Assembly: GCA_004377365.1 (NCBI GenBank)
Contig: SOHZ01000288.1
Span: forward strand, 1-49,384
DNA length: 49,384 nt
Direction of reading: 5' to 3'
Source of the DNA: Anaerolineales bacterium
GTDB taxonomy: Bacteria > Chloroflexota > Anaerolineae > E26-bin7
In this document: in pieces, positions 9,741 through 19,482 of the stretch
Numbering within the stretch: position 1 is the first letter of the stretch
How the letters are laid out: every line of letters begins with the position of its first letter
The notes under the pieces: generated by a model
The model's database searches: none
What the model was told of the DNA's origin: nothing
The model's input: the letters and a program-made list of their open reading frames with translations, nothing else
Made by a program: the position numbers and the translations under genes

Positions 9741-10117
9741 TGCCTCGTTACGACACCAGTATCCAGCCCCCAGCCCCGTTTGTAGACGTCCTGATTTTGC
9801 ATCCCTCTGACCACGAGCAAACCAGGTACATTCGAGGCAAGCTTGATAGTGGGGCCGACCTCTCTGTGATTCCTGAGGAAGTAGCCGATGAATTGCAACT
9901 CATCCCGGCCAGGGAGATACAAACTCGTAGCTACGATGGTACGGTGCGAGACATTCAGAGCTATTTCGTCGCCCTTGAGATAGAAGGGTATTCTATCCAA
10001 CTCATCGAAGTAGTTGCCTCTCACCGAGCCGATACACTTTTAGGCCGGGATGTTCTGAACCATTTTAGGATCACCCTCGATGGGAAAACGCTCACTTTTG
10101 AGATGACAGATCCCTGA
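9740..10117 (+). CDS. Retropepsin-like (clan AA) aspartyl protease
   Basis: LDSGAD catalytic motif and LLGRDVL motif; translationally coupled to the upstream gene (TGATG). Confidence 0.8.
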   Translation: MPRYDTSIQPPAPFVDVLILHPSDHEQTRYIRGKLDSGADLSVIPEEVADELQLIPAREIQTRSYDGTVRDIQSYFVALEIEGYSIQLIEVVASHRADTLLGRDVLNHFRITLDGKTLTFEMTDP

Positions 10118-10205
10118 GCGCCTACCACAACTGCTCCACTGCCGTCCCCTGTGCTATCTGCTGGCCTATCTTCTTCTCCAACTGTTCCTTGACTCAGCGA
10201 CCTCC

Positions 10206-11186
10206 TCACTCCAGGATCTCCCTGACCACGTAAATGCGCTTGCCCTGGCTCTCGTGGTAGGTGCGCACTACCAGTTCACCCAGCAGCCCCATGGTGATCA
10301 TCTGCACGCCCATGACCATGAGCAGAATGGCCAGCAACAGCAGGGGACGGCTGCCAATGTCCTGCCCCAGGGCCAACTTGACAACGGAAAGGTAGAGGCC
10401 CAAGATACCCCCCAAACCCGACATGGCCAACCCCAGGGAACCAAAGATGTGAATGGGACGGGTGGAGTAGCTGAGCAGGAACCGGACAGTGAGCAGGTCC
10501 AGCATCACCTTGATGGTACGTTTGAGGCTGCCGTACTTGGAGCGGCCAAATTGCCGTGAACGATAATGGACCGGTATCTCAGCTACAGAGACGCCCATCC
10601 AACTGGCCATAGCCGGGATGAAGCGGTGGAGCTCACCGTAGAGGTTGATGTTCTTCACCACCTCGCTCCTGTAGGCCTTGAGGGAGCAACCATAGTCGTG
10701 CAGGTGCACCCCAGTGGTCTCCGAGATGAGACGGTTGGCCACCACCGAGGGCAGACGCCGCGTCAACCAGGCGCTCTTCCAACGTTCCATCCGCCAGCCG
10801 CTGACTACATCGTAGCCTTCCTCCAGTTTCTCCAGGAGCCTGGGGATATCTGCCGGATCGTTCTGCAAATCGGCGTCCATAGTGACGACCACCTGGCCCC
10901 GAGCGTACTCGAAGCCAGCGGCGAAGGCGGCCGTCTGGCCAAAGTTGCGGCGGAAGCGGATTACCTTCAGCCGCTTGTCTTGGGCCTGGAGGCCCCTCAG
11001 CAGCTCAAAGCTCCGGTCGGTGCTGCCATCGTCCACGATGATGATCTCGTAACTCTGCTCTAGTGGCTCCAGGGCCTCCTTGAGTTGAGCGTAGAGGGGC
11101 TCCACGCTTTCTTCCTCGTTGAAAAGCGGGATGACAATAGAAAGTTCGATTTCATCGTTCATAGGCTCATCCTTCTTCTGCTGCAT
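10206..11186 (-). CDS. GT2 polyprenyl-phosphate glycosyltransferase (ArnC/DPM1-like)
   Basis: SIVIPLFNEE, VDDGSTD, RRNFGQTAA, MDADLQNDP, HRFIP, two C-terminal TM helices. Confidence 0.9.
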   Translation of the reverse strand: MQQKKDEPMNDEIELSIVIPLFNEEESVEPLYAQLKEALEPLEQSYEIIIVDDGSTDRSFELLRGLQAQDKRLKVIRFRRNFGQTAAFAAGFEYARGQVVVTMDADLQNDPADIPRLLEKLEEGYDVVSGWRMERWKSAWLTRRLPSVVANRLISETTGVHLHDYGCSLKAYRSEVVKNINLYGELHRFIPAMASWMGVSVAEIPVHYRSRQFGRSKYGSLKRTIKVMLDLLTVRFLLSYSTRPIHIFGSLGLAMSGLGGILGLYLSVVKLALGQDIGSRPLLLLAILLMVMGVQMITMGLLGELVVRTYHESQGKRIYVVREILE

Positions 11187-12219
11187 AGTCCTGTGCTCCC
11201 TTCAGCACGTAGATGATCCCGCCGATCAAGCCTGGGGTGAATATACTGATAACGTAAACCAGCAGTGATAGCGACAGGGCCGTCTCCCGGGGCATGCCAG
11301 CCTGGGTGAAGAGAAAGACGTAAGCGCCCTCCCTCACCCCCAGACCGGCGAAAGATACAGGCAATATGGTGACTATGGAAGTGATAGGCACAAAAAGGAA
11401 ATAGTACCATATCGAGACCCGATCACCCAAGGATAGACCGAGCAGGTAATTCATGGTAATCAGCGAGATGTTAAAGACCAGAGACACGCCCAAGGTCTTG
11501 CCAACCGCGGCGACATTGTAGCCATGAAGTGACTCGTAGAATCGCTTGAGCCCTTCGATGATTCCTTCGGCTTTCCCTTCGACTTTGCTCAGGCCATGCC
11601 CTGAGCCTGTCGAAGGGACAGACCCCTGCTTCTGACTAAAGGAGGCCAGGGGTTTCAGGCGCTCTCCCAGGCTCTGCCACAGTCGCTGGTTGAGGAGGAG
11701 CCACACCGAGACTAGGCTCCCGACGAAGAGGAGCACGGTGAAAGCGATCATCCACGGCTCGACCAACTGATAGCCAAAGGCCAGGGCCACCACGGCCATA
11801 GCCTGTAAGACGATGAGGCCAAAGAAGCGGTCGGCGAGGACCGTACCGGCCGACTCTGCTGTCTTATGAGTGTACCTTGATAGCTCATACATGCGAACGG
11901 GGTCGCCGCCGAAGCCGGTGGGGAGCACGTTGGTGAAAAGGAAGCCGATGAAGTAGAGGTCGATCAGTTGTCTCAGAGGCACCTCCACCTCCAGGGCTGA
12001 GAGCAAGACCTGCCAGCGGTAGGCCCTGACCACAATACCCAACAGGGCCACGACCAGAGCTGCCAGGAGATAGCCCGGCTGGACCTGCAGGAGCTTTTCC
12101 AGAGTCTCCTGCAAACCTATCTCCCTCAACAAGAGGACGATAAAGATCAAACTCACAATGACCTTGGCCAAATCTAGAAGTCTCTTTTTATTCATTGTCT
12201 GTCTTCCCTGGGGAATCAC
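11167..12219 (-). CDS. Lysylphosphatidylglycerol-synthase TM / UPF0104 flippase-like protein
   Basis: RAYRW, LPTGFGGDPVR, DRFFG, PVSFAGLGVREG motifs; likely start 12195. Confidence 0.85.
   Translation of the reverse strand: MIPQGRQTMNKKRLLDLAKVIVSLIFIVLLLREIGLQETLEKLLQVQPGYLLAALVVALLGIVVRAYRWQVLLSALEVEVPLRQLIDLYFIGFLFTNVLPTGFGGDPVRMYELSRYTHKTAESAGTVLADRFFGLIVLQAMAVVALAFGYQLVEPWMIAFTVLLFVGSLVSVWLLLNQRLWQSLGERLKPLASFSQKQGSVPSTGSGHGLSKVEGKAEGIIEGLKRFYESLHGYNVAAVGKTLGVSLVFNISLITMNYLLGLSLGDRVSIWYYFLFVPITSIVTILPVSFAGLGVREGAYVFLFTQAGMPRETALSLSLLVYVISIFTPGLIGGIIYVLKGAQDYAAEEG
11564..11617. repeat. Composite REP-like hairpin, in frame in flippase gene
   Basis: CCTTCGGCTTT-CCCTTCGACTTTGCTCAGG-CCATGC-CCTGAGCCTGTCGAAGGG; encodes PSTGSGHGLSKVEGKAEG. 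Confidence 0.8.
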
Positions 12220-14537
12220 TCCCCCTTGACCATGATCTCGCTCAACAGGGCCTTATCATCCAATACTTGCCCATCCTGGTCCACAATGGTCAGGCGCTGG
12301 CCGTCGGCCAGGCGATACATCCCCACTTCGATCCAGTACTTACCCGGTGGAGTGTCCTCGCCGACGACGAAAGCGTGCTTATCCTTGACTACCTCATCCT
12401 GGTCCCAGAAGGAGGTTGGGTAATAGCCGTTGACAGGCTGGCCATCATGCTGCCCCCAGATGGTGCCCTCCTCATCCACCAAATGAACAAAGACGGTATA
12501 ATCCTCTTCCATTTTCCTTTGAGCCCGCCAGTACAAGGCCACATTGATGGTCTCACCAGCCTTGACCTCGGTCTTGTCTACCTTGTAACCGGTCAGAGAC
12601 ACCTGCCTGCCCTGAGCGGAGTCGAAGGGGTGGGCCATGTCGAAGGCTACTGGCGTTCCTCCGGAGTAGTGCGGCTCCTGTTGGGTGGTGACCTTGCCCT
12701 GAGCCACAGTGACTCCGTGGAGGAGGTGGCCGTCCTTGTCAAAAGCAGGTAGGGCCTCGCCTGTGGAGCGGTCGTAGACGCCCACTTCTACTCGGAAGCG
12801 GCTGGGCGCTTTGGATTCGGGCAGGACGTACATCCCATAGGTGTCCTTTATCACCCCCCCGACCTGCCATAGGCTGGTGGGGTAAGAACCCATCCCAGGA
12901 TAAGTGTCCTTCTGAGCGATCACTTCCTCGTCACGACCGAGGATGTGGACGAACACGTTGTAATCTTGCTCCATCTCGGCCCGGGGTTGCCAGTACAGGG
13001 TGACGCTCAGGGGATCGCCCCGTCTGACCACCTTCTTATCCAGTTGGCAGGCCAGCAACCTTGTCTTATCACCAAAGTTGATGTCGAGGTGATGGGCTTC
13101 GGCCGGGATGTCCTCGGCGGTGATAACAGGCGGCTTGGCATAGGTTGGGGCAATGTAGACGAAGGGGCATAAGACGGCCAGGAGAAACAATGCTCCGCCG
13201 ACCACGCCGGCCAACATCCCATTGTACCGCTGCGGCACGAACTGGCTGAGCCCCAGGAAAATAAAGATAGAAATAGCCGGGATAGCTGGAAACAGGTAGC
13301 GGCCTTGAGCGCCGGTTTGGATCTGCATGAACCTGAGCAGGGAAGCAAAGAGAAGCAGAAACCATAATCCAAGTAGCAACAGGCTAAGCAAGTTTGATCT
13401 GTCTAGCTGCTTCCTCTGTAGGGCTTTGAACTTTTCAAATTGGCTGATGGCGAGGACTAGAAGGCCCACGATGGATAGACGCACCATTACCGCCAGGAGC
13501 TTGTAAAAGATTTCATCAATCACTATGTTCATCCAGCCAAAGACGGCCCAGAAGGATATCTCCAGGCCCCAGAACTCTTCGTACAATTCAATGAGGCTGG
13601 GTTGGGGCTCCCGAAGACCAACAGCCGCCAGCCATACATTGGAAGCTAAGGGGTGACGATAAAGAATCCAATTTCTTAAGTACGCCCATCCAGCTATCAG
13701 CAGGACTATGGAGAATACGATCATGCCCCATTTGATCAAGCGACCAACAGAGCGCTGTTGGATGGCTCGGATGGCGAGCGTTAAAGCCGCCAGGGGCAAA
13801 AGGGCCAGGGAGCTAATCTTGGAGAGCAGAGCCAGGCTCAGGGTCACGCCCAGCCAGATCAGTCGCCCTCTGGTCGCTCCCCGTTTCAAGAGTCTGACTA
13901 TCCCCAGGAGCACCAGCGCGGAAAAGGTAGTCACCATAGCGTCATTACCTACTCTGGCGCTGATGAAAATGAATTGAGGGTTGAAAGCATTGATAGCAGC
14001 CGCACCCAAAGCCAGGGGCTTCCAATGGGGGAAGATCTCCAGAGCGATGAGATAGGTAGCGAGCACAGTTACTCCACTCAACAGCACCGTGAACAGACGG
14101 AGAATACGTATAGCCAAAGCTGTGCCGTGGTAGTTGAACACCTCAGTGTCAAGGTGGATGATCCTGTTCTTGTTGCCGGGCCAATGGGGCACCCCGGCAA
14201 CACAGTGCGGGTTATGCCAAATCAAGCTGTCCGCGTCGTCTGTGTCAATCCAGAATGTGAGCAGGGCCGATGTGAGATGGTACAAAGGGGGGTGATGGCC
14301 GACTGTGCCAGCCACCGGGTTCTTAGAAGGATCCAGATGCAGCACGGGCAAACCACGACCGTCGGCTATGTGCTTCACATATCCATAGTGAGAGTCTTCG
14401 TCTGGTGTCTCGATAAGGGGAGTGACTACGCTGTAGATAACCCCTAACGCCAGGAAAGAAACGATTATGAGACTGATACCCAAGTGTTGTCTAATCGAAA
14501 ATATTATAGATCTCATTCTTGGCCTAGTTTCTGTCAA
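12216..14537 (-). CDS. DUF2142/ArnT-like GT-C glycosyltransferase with 2 C-terminal beta-domains
   Basis: 773 aa; TPLIETPDEDSH, HHPPLYH, AFNPQF..GND, QGRYLFPA. Confidence 0.8.
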   Translation of the reverse strand: MTETRPRMRSIIFSIRQHLGISLIIVSFLALGVIYSVVTPLIETPDEDSHYGYVKHIADGRGLPVLHLDPSKNPVAGTVGHHPPLYHLTSALLTFWIDTDDADSLIWHNPHCVAGVPHWPGNKNRIIHLDTEVFNYHGTALAIRILRLFTVLLSGVTVLATYLIALEIFPHWKPLALGAAAINAFNPQFIFISARVGNDAMVTTFSALVLLGIVRLLKRGATRGRLIWLGVTLSLALLSKISSLALLPLAALTLAIRAIQQRSVGRLIKWGMIVFSIVLLIAGWAYLRNWILYRHPLASNVWLAAVGLREPQPSLIELYEEFWGLEISFWAVFGWMNIVIDEIFYKLLAVMVRLSIVGLLVLAISQFEKFKALQRKQLDRSNLLSLLLLGLWFLLLFASLLRFMQIQTGAQGRYLFPAIPAISIFIFLGLSQFVPQRYNGMLAGVVGGALFLLAVLCPFVYIAPTYAKPPVITAEDIPAEAHHLDINFGDKTRLLACQLDKKVVRRGDPLSVTLYWQPRAEMEQDYNVFVHILGRDEEVIAQKDTYPGMGSYPTSLWQVGGVIKDTYGMYVLPESKAPSRFRVEVGVYDRSTGEALPAFDKDGHLLHGVTVAQGKVTTQQEPHYSGGTPVAFDMAHPFDSAQGRQVSLTGYKVDKTEVKAGETINVALYWRAQRKMEEDYTVFVHLVDEEGTIWGQHDGQPVNGYYPTSFWDQDEVVKDKHAFVVGEDTPPGKYWIEVGMYRLADGQRLTIVDQDGQVLDDKALLSEIMVKGE
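12606..12629. repeat. 24-bp REP-like element in frame (PFDSAQGR)
   Basis: CCTGCCCTGAGCGGAGTCGAAGGG. Confidence 0.8.
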
Positions 14538-17142
14538 CAGTCAATGTTCCCAACAATATAGCGTCATCCGTCAGGCGCAATCCAGGCTGATCATAGGCAG
14601 GCAGACGTTCTCCTGTAGCGAGCTGGTACAACCCCACTTTGAGCTCGTACCTTCCAGAAGGCACACCTAGCCCAATTACGAGCCGGTGCTCATCTTTGAC
14701 GATCTCTCCTACATCCCAGATAGAGGTCGGATAACGTCCGCTCTGCGGCTGGTCATCATGTTGAGCTTCAATATGGTCATCTGGACCTAGCAGGTGGGTG
14801 AAAACTGTGTAGTCTTTATCAATCTTCTTCCGTGCTTGCCAGTACAAAGTCAGATTGATCGTGTCACCCGGTTTAAGAGCACGGCTCCTCAGGTCGTAGC
14901 CGCGAAAGATAATCTCATCTCCCAGGTTGACTTTCATGGGAAATGGGATAGAGCTAGCGTTAATGAACTCGCCGATGATCTTTACTGTCCCCAGTGTAAT
15001 TTTATTATCCAGTAACCCCGATTCGGAATCCACAATGATGGGCAGTCGCTGTCCCGTCGATTTCTGATATAAACCAACTTCAAAGGTGTATTTCCCCGGG
15101 ATAGCCCCCGGACCAACTTTGATCTTGTACTGATCGGGCACAATTTCACCCGGACGCCAGAGAACAGTGGGATAGGCCCCTTGTAAGGGTTGCACATCTG
15201 TCTGCCCCCGAACCTGCCCTTTGCTGTCCAGCAAGTGCACAAAGACTTCATGATTTCTTTTCATCTTCGATACTGCTTGCCAGTAGAGATCTAGCCTGAT
15301 TTCATTCCCTCTCATAACCTCATACGGAGCCAGGTTGTAGCCGACTAGCCTCAACTGGCCGTTGAAATCAGCCTTGAGGGGGTGAGGGGGGATGACATAG
15401 GGGGAGAAGAAGTCAATAGGAGAGGAGAAAGGCCACTCGTAAGCGATGAGCATATTGTTTGAATCCCGCAGTTCAAAGGTTGATTCTTGGTTAACACGTT
15501 CTATCAACATTTCTCTGAGGGAGTGATCTAGAGGGCTCAGGATGTAAGCTGTGCCTTTGCTCTGAGAAGCGCGATCCAGCAGGATAAATGAGTGCCCCCC
15601 TTCATTATCAGGAGACAGAAAACATACAGCTTTCTCCTCGCCAGAGATCAACGACATGGAATCATCGGCCATCGAAAGAGAAACCGCATCAGTATACACC
15701 TGGCTAAGGAGATAGGTAACGGTGGGATAGGCATACATCTCCACAGGTAGATAGACCGTGTGATTCTGTCCTTGCTGAATCACACGTCTGGCTAGAGCAG
15801 CCTTGTCTGCATCGAAAGCATAGTATGTTTCGGGTTGGTAAGCCCAAACGTTGAAATAGTCATGGTAGGTCCGCAAGCCGCCAAGTCCGAGGAAAGCCAC
15901 AATCAAACCTGGTAGCCATTTCACGGTGGGCCAGCCCATCCAAGACGTCAATTTAGCCCAAAGGATGGATAGGCCAATAGCCGATAGGATATAGACAGCC
16001 GGTGCCGCTCCAAGAGAGCGCAAGGTATTAGGAGCGTCTGTGGAGAAAACCGTAGCCGAGAGCATCACCCCGATCCAAAGCAGAGTGAGCCCGTATTGAG
16101 GCTTATTTAACCGGTGGATGGCTATTACGATGCCTATCCAAAAACCGATGGATGAGATGGTGTTTAGGACAGGGCGGCAAGGCAGGTTATGTCTCCACTG
16201 CCAATCGCCTTGATCAACAAACATACGCAGCACCTTGCCTAGGTTAGACAATGTTGCTAAGATGATCTCTCGATATTCTGACGAGATAGCCAAAATGGAC
16301 ACATCCTTGCCCCGACCACTCCAGGCAAAGGGATGGGTTTGAAAATAGCAACCCAGAGGAGCAAAGAGGGCCAAGGAGACAAGCGTCAATAGAAGAGCTC
16401 CCTTTAGGCGATCAGAGAATCGGGGCACTTGGGAGGCAGGCTGACCGGAATCCCCGCTGCTAGTAGTTGCCGAAAGTTGATTCCCCCGCCTCTTCATGGT
16501 AGCCCAGCTTTTCTTCAGGCATTCCCAAAGGATGAAAGCCAAAAGCACCAGTGGCATAAGCCGGGCCGCGATATAAGTATAGGCACTCATCCCAAGAAGA
16601 ACACCGGTTCCCAGAAAGAAGCCCTTCTTCCCGGTGAACCACCCCTGCCAGAATAGACAAAGGGTCATCACGATGAATAAGGGAAGCAGAATAGTCCTAA
16701 AACCGATGCGGCTGAAGTGTACGTGCCAATAGGAAGTTGTCAGGCCGGTAGCGGCCAGCAAGGCAATTCGCCTCGCCTCTTCACTTCCAACGGAGGCGAA
16801 CATCAATTTGGTCAAAACATATAACATTGGAATTGTAGACAACCCAACTAAGGCCGAAACGATGCGCAACGCAAAGGGGCTAGCGCCTAGCATTTTAATA
16901 GAAATTGCCTCCAGATAGATGAAAAGAGGTTCTCGCCCTCCATTGCCCTCAAAAAACAGCGGGTGCCATCCGGCCTGCAAAATCCTTATCGCATCCAGAC
17001 CATTGAAGGCTTCATCATGGTATAATCCAGGTGGCACGTCATTCAGGCGATAGAGCCTGAGGAAAGCAGCCACAAGAATTAGTAGCCCCAGAAGGGCCAG
17101 ATCCTTTCTACCATCCCTGCCAAGTTTTGCGAACCGTTTCAC
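14524..17142 (-). CDS. ArnT/GT39-like GT-C glycosyltransferase with 2 C-terminal beta-domains (lower GC)
   Basis: 872 aa; LRLYRL..VPPGLYHDEAFNG, GREPLF, HVHFSRIGFR, YTYIAAR. Confidence 0.85.
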   Translation of the reverse strand: MKRFAKLGRDGRKDLALLGLLILVAAFLRLYRLNDVPPGLYHDEAFNGLDAIRILQAGWHPLFFEGNGGREPLFIYLEAISIKMLGASPFALRIVSALVGLSTIPMLYVLTKLMFASVGSEEARRIALLAATGLTTSYWHVHFSRIGFRTILLPLFIVMTLCLFWQGWFTGKKGFFLGTGVLLGMSAYTYIAARLMPLVLLAFILWECLKKSWATMKRRGNQLSATTSSGDSGQPASQVPRFSDRLKGALLLTLVSLALFAPLGCYFQTHPFAWSGRGKDVSILAISSEYREIILATLSNLGKVLRMFVDQGDWQWRHNLPCRPVLNTISSIGFWIGIVIAIHRLNKPQYGLTLLWIGVMLSATVFSTDAPNTLRSLGAAPAVYILSAIGLSILWAKLTSWMGWPTVKWLPGLIVAFLGLGGLRTYHDYFNVWAYQPETYYAFDADKAALARRVIQQGQNHTVYLPVEMYAYPTVTYLLSQVYTDAVSLSMADDSMSLISGEEKAVCFLSPDNEGGHSFILLDRASQSKGTAYILSPLDHSLREMLIERVNQESTFELRDSNNMLIAYEWPFSSPIDFFSPYVIPPHPLKADFNGQLRLVGYNLAPYEVMRGNEIRLDLYWQAVSKMKRNHEVFVHLLDSKGQVRGQTDVQPLQGAYPTVLWRPGEIVPDQYKIKVGPGAIPGKYTFEVGLYQKSTGQRLPIIVDSESGLLDNKITLGTVKIIGEFINASSIPFPMKVNLGDEIIFRGYDLRSRALKPGDTINLTLYWQARKKIDKDYTVFTHLLGPDDHIEAQHDDQPQSGRYPTSIWDVGEIVKDEHRLVIGLGVPSGRYELKVGLYQLATGERLPAYDQPGLRLTDDAILLGTLTVDRN

Positions 17143-17154
17143 AGTGATGATCCT

Positions 17155-19482
17155 CTACGATCCCTTCACGCGCACCTTGGTCAACAGGACGCGACTGTCA
17201 ATCCAATGTCCCGCTTCATCCAGAAGGCCCAACCGCTCTCCTGTAGCTGGCAGATAGAGCCCCACTTCGATATCGTAGACGCCGGGAGGGGTGTCGGGCT
17301 CGACGAGCAAGTGATATTCGTCCATCAAGACCTGCCCCTGGTTCCAGGTTGAGGTCGGTACCGCTCCTCCCTGTGGCTGGCTGTCCACCTGGGCCCAGAT
17401 GCGGTCTCGCTCCCCTAGGACGTGGGTGAACACAGTGTAATCCCTTTCTATCTCGGCCAGGGCTTCCCAGTAGAGGGTCAGGTGGATTTCCTCACCTGGC
17501 CCAACCGCTCGCCCCTCCAGGGCATAGCCAATGAGGGCAATCTGGTCCCCGAAATTAAAGCGCACAGGATTGGGCACACTACGTCCTGAGCCTGTCGAAG
17601 GGTCGCTCCCCGCGTGAGGCAGGACCTCTATCCTGTGAAAACGGACGTTGTCTCCAAGGGACTCTCCCTGGGACCCATAAACCGCCAAGCGCTTCCCGCT
17701 GTCAAACTCGTACAGCCCCACTTCGAGCTGGGCCGAGCTGGGGGTGAAGGCCGTGGGCGGTACGGCGATGGTGTACACATCGGCGATGGCATCCCCTGCC
17801 CGCCACAGCCGGGTTGGATAGGTGCCCTGGCCCGGGAAGGTATCTTGTGAGGCCAACACCAGATCGTTCTCATCCAGAAGATGAACGAAGACGCTGTAGT
17901 TCCTTTCCATCGGGGCCAAAGCCTGCCAGTACAGGGTGACATCGAGGCTCTCCCCTGGCCGGACTGTCTCCCGACCTACCTCGTAGCCCAGGAGCTTTAT
18001 CTGGTCATCGAAGGTGATGGCCATAGGATTTGGTATCTTCTCCAGATTGGTTTCTGAGAGGAGAGGCGGCCCTTCGGCTATGCTCAGGACATGCCTGGCG
18101 TAGGCTGGCGCGATGTAGCGAAAGGGACTGATAACGGCAATGGCCAGCATAACCAAGCCCAATATGCCAGCCAGGGACATGACGGCCTGCCGAGGCACCC
18201 ACTGGGCCAGACCCGTGAACAGTAGGATGGAAATGGCCGAGATGGCCGGATACATCAATCGCCCCTGGGAAGCGCGGGTCATCTGAGTCCAGCGTACCAA
18301 GCCGGCCAGGACAACAGCGATCCACAAGAGCAGGAACAACAGCCAGGGCCAGCTCAGTGTCTCCTCTCCTCTCAGTTGCTTAAAGACCAGCAGCAACAGC
18401 CCCACCGCTCCCAGCAGAGCCAGCCCGTCGAAGGCCAGGTAGAGCCAGGGCTCGGCCAGAATGTTGAACCAGCCAAAGAGAGCCCAGAAGGACATTCTCA
18501 GCCCTTTGAATTCTGCCAGGAGTTCGAGCAGGGATGGCCTGTAGACCCGGGTGCGGAAGAGGATGGCCATGATCTTCATGCCAAGGGGGTCACCGTACAG
18601 CAGCCAGTTCCGGGCGTACCACCAGCCGCCCACGGCCAGGGCCACGATAGACACGATGGTCATCCACCCGACGAAAGAAATCAGTCGCTGGCGGTGGAGG
18701 GCTACCACCCCCAATACCACAGCGGCCAGTGGCAGGAGCATCAGACCAGTCAGCTTGGTCAGCGAGGCCAGACCGATGACAAGGCCCAGCAAGATCAAGC
18801 GACCCCTTGAAACCTCCCTCCTGGCCAGAACCACCAGCAACCAGGCCGCCAGGGCAAAGAGAACGATCACCAGGTTGTCGTTGTTGATGGTCCCGCTGAT
18901 GAAGGCGAACTGTGGATTGAAGGCGTTGATGACCGCCGCGCCGATGGCCAGCCCCTCTGCTCCCTCCCTCAAAGTTGGGGGAGGGCCGGGGTGGGGGCGC
19001 TGGGGCATGATCTGTCGAGCAATACAATAGGTTGCCAGCACCGTGGCTGCTCCCATCAGCACCGAGAGCAAACGCACCAGGTGCACCGCCAGGGTCACCC
19101 CTCGATAGGGAAAGCTCTCCTCAGCCGAGTGAACGACCATGTTCACGTTACCGCTCGCCGTGGGGACGCCAATCTGGGCGTGAGGGTTGTGCCAGACGAA
19201 ATCCGTCAAGGGGCCTGTGTTTATCCAAAAGGTGACCAGAGCCCCCAGAGTATAATAGAGGGGCGGCTGGTGCACCTCTGCCTGGATGTCCGGTACCGGC
19301 CCGGTGATGACTGGCAATCCCTCCCCATCAGCGAGGTGTTGGACGAAGAAATAGTGCTGAAGCTCGTCGGGGGCCTCAAAGATGGGTGTGACCACGCTGT
19401 AAGTGGTGCTCAGCAACACGAAGGCAACAAGGATGACTGCGATAGCTTTGTGCTGATTTGCTGGTTGGGTTAATCTGTTCAC
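17155..19482 (-). CDS. DUF2142/ArnT-like GT-C glycosyltransferase with 2 C-terminal beta-domains
   Basis: 775 aa; TPIFEAPDELQH, HQPPLYY, INNDNL, SQGRLMYPA; close paralog of 19479..21896. Confidence 0.8.
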   Translation of the reverse strand: MNRLTQPANQHKAIAVILVAFVLLSTTYSVVTPIFEAPDELQHYFFVQHLADGEGLPVITGPVPDIQAEVHQPPLYYTLGALVTFWINTGPLTDFVWHNPHAQIGVPTASGNVNMVVHSAEESFPYRGVTLAVHLVRLLSVLMGAATVLATYCIARQIMPQRPHPGPPPTLREGAEGLAIGAAVINAFNPQFAFISGTINNDNLVIVLFALAAWLLVVLARREVSRGRLILLGLVIGLASLTKLTGLMLLPLAAVVLGVVALHRQRLISFVGWMTIVSIVALAVGGWWYARNWLLYGDPLGMKIMAILFRTRVYRPSLLELLAEFKGLRMSFWALFGWFNILAEPWLYLAFDGLALLGAVGLLLLVFKQLRGEETLSWPWLLFLLLWIAVVLAGLVRWTQMTRASQGRLMYPAISAISILLFTGLAQWVPRQAVMSLAGILGLVMLAIAVISPFRYIAPAYARHVLSIAEGPPLLSETNLEKIPNPMAITFDDQIKLLGYEVGRETVRPGESLDVTLYWQALAPMERNYSVFVHLLDENDLVLASQDTFPGQGTYPTRLWRAGDAIADVYTIAVPPTAFTPSSAQLEVGLYEFDSGKRLAVYGSQGESLGDNVRFHRIEVLPHAGSDPSTGSGRSVPNPVRFNFGDQIALIGYALEGRAVGPGEEIHLTLYWEALAEIERDYTVFTHVLGERDRIWAQVDSQPQGGAVPTSTWNQGQVLMDEYHLLVEPDTPPGVYDIEVGLYLPATGERLGLLDEAGHWIDSRVLLTKVRVKGS
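17579..17602. repeat. 24-bp REP-like element in frame (PSTGSGRS)
   Basis: CTACGTCCTGAGCCTGTCGAAGGG; the 8 aa are absent from the paralog linker (VLPREDSPVPNP). Confidence 0.85.
18070..18093. repeat. 24-bp REP-like element in frame (HVLSIAEG)
   Basis: CCCTTCGGCTATGCTCAGGACATG; paralog reads YIAPAYAKPVLLSE versus YIAPAYAR[HVLSIAEG]PPLLSE here. Confidence 0.85.
18959..18997. repeat. C/G-rich hairpin repeat in frame (PHPGPPPTLREGA)
   Basis: CCCTCCCTCAAAGTTGGGGGAGGG hairpin + CCGGGGTGGGGG; about 13 aa absent from both paralogs. Confidence 0.7.

Noticed and set aside
10118-10205. Possible gene tail (VKEQLEKKIGQQIAQGTAVEQLW*) on the minus strand
   Set aside because: Too short to assign and no matching paralog in the window
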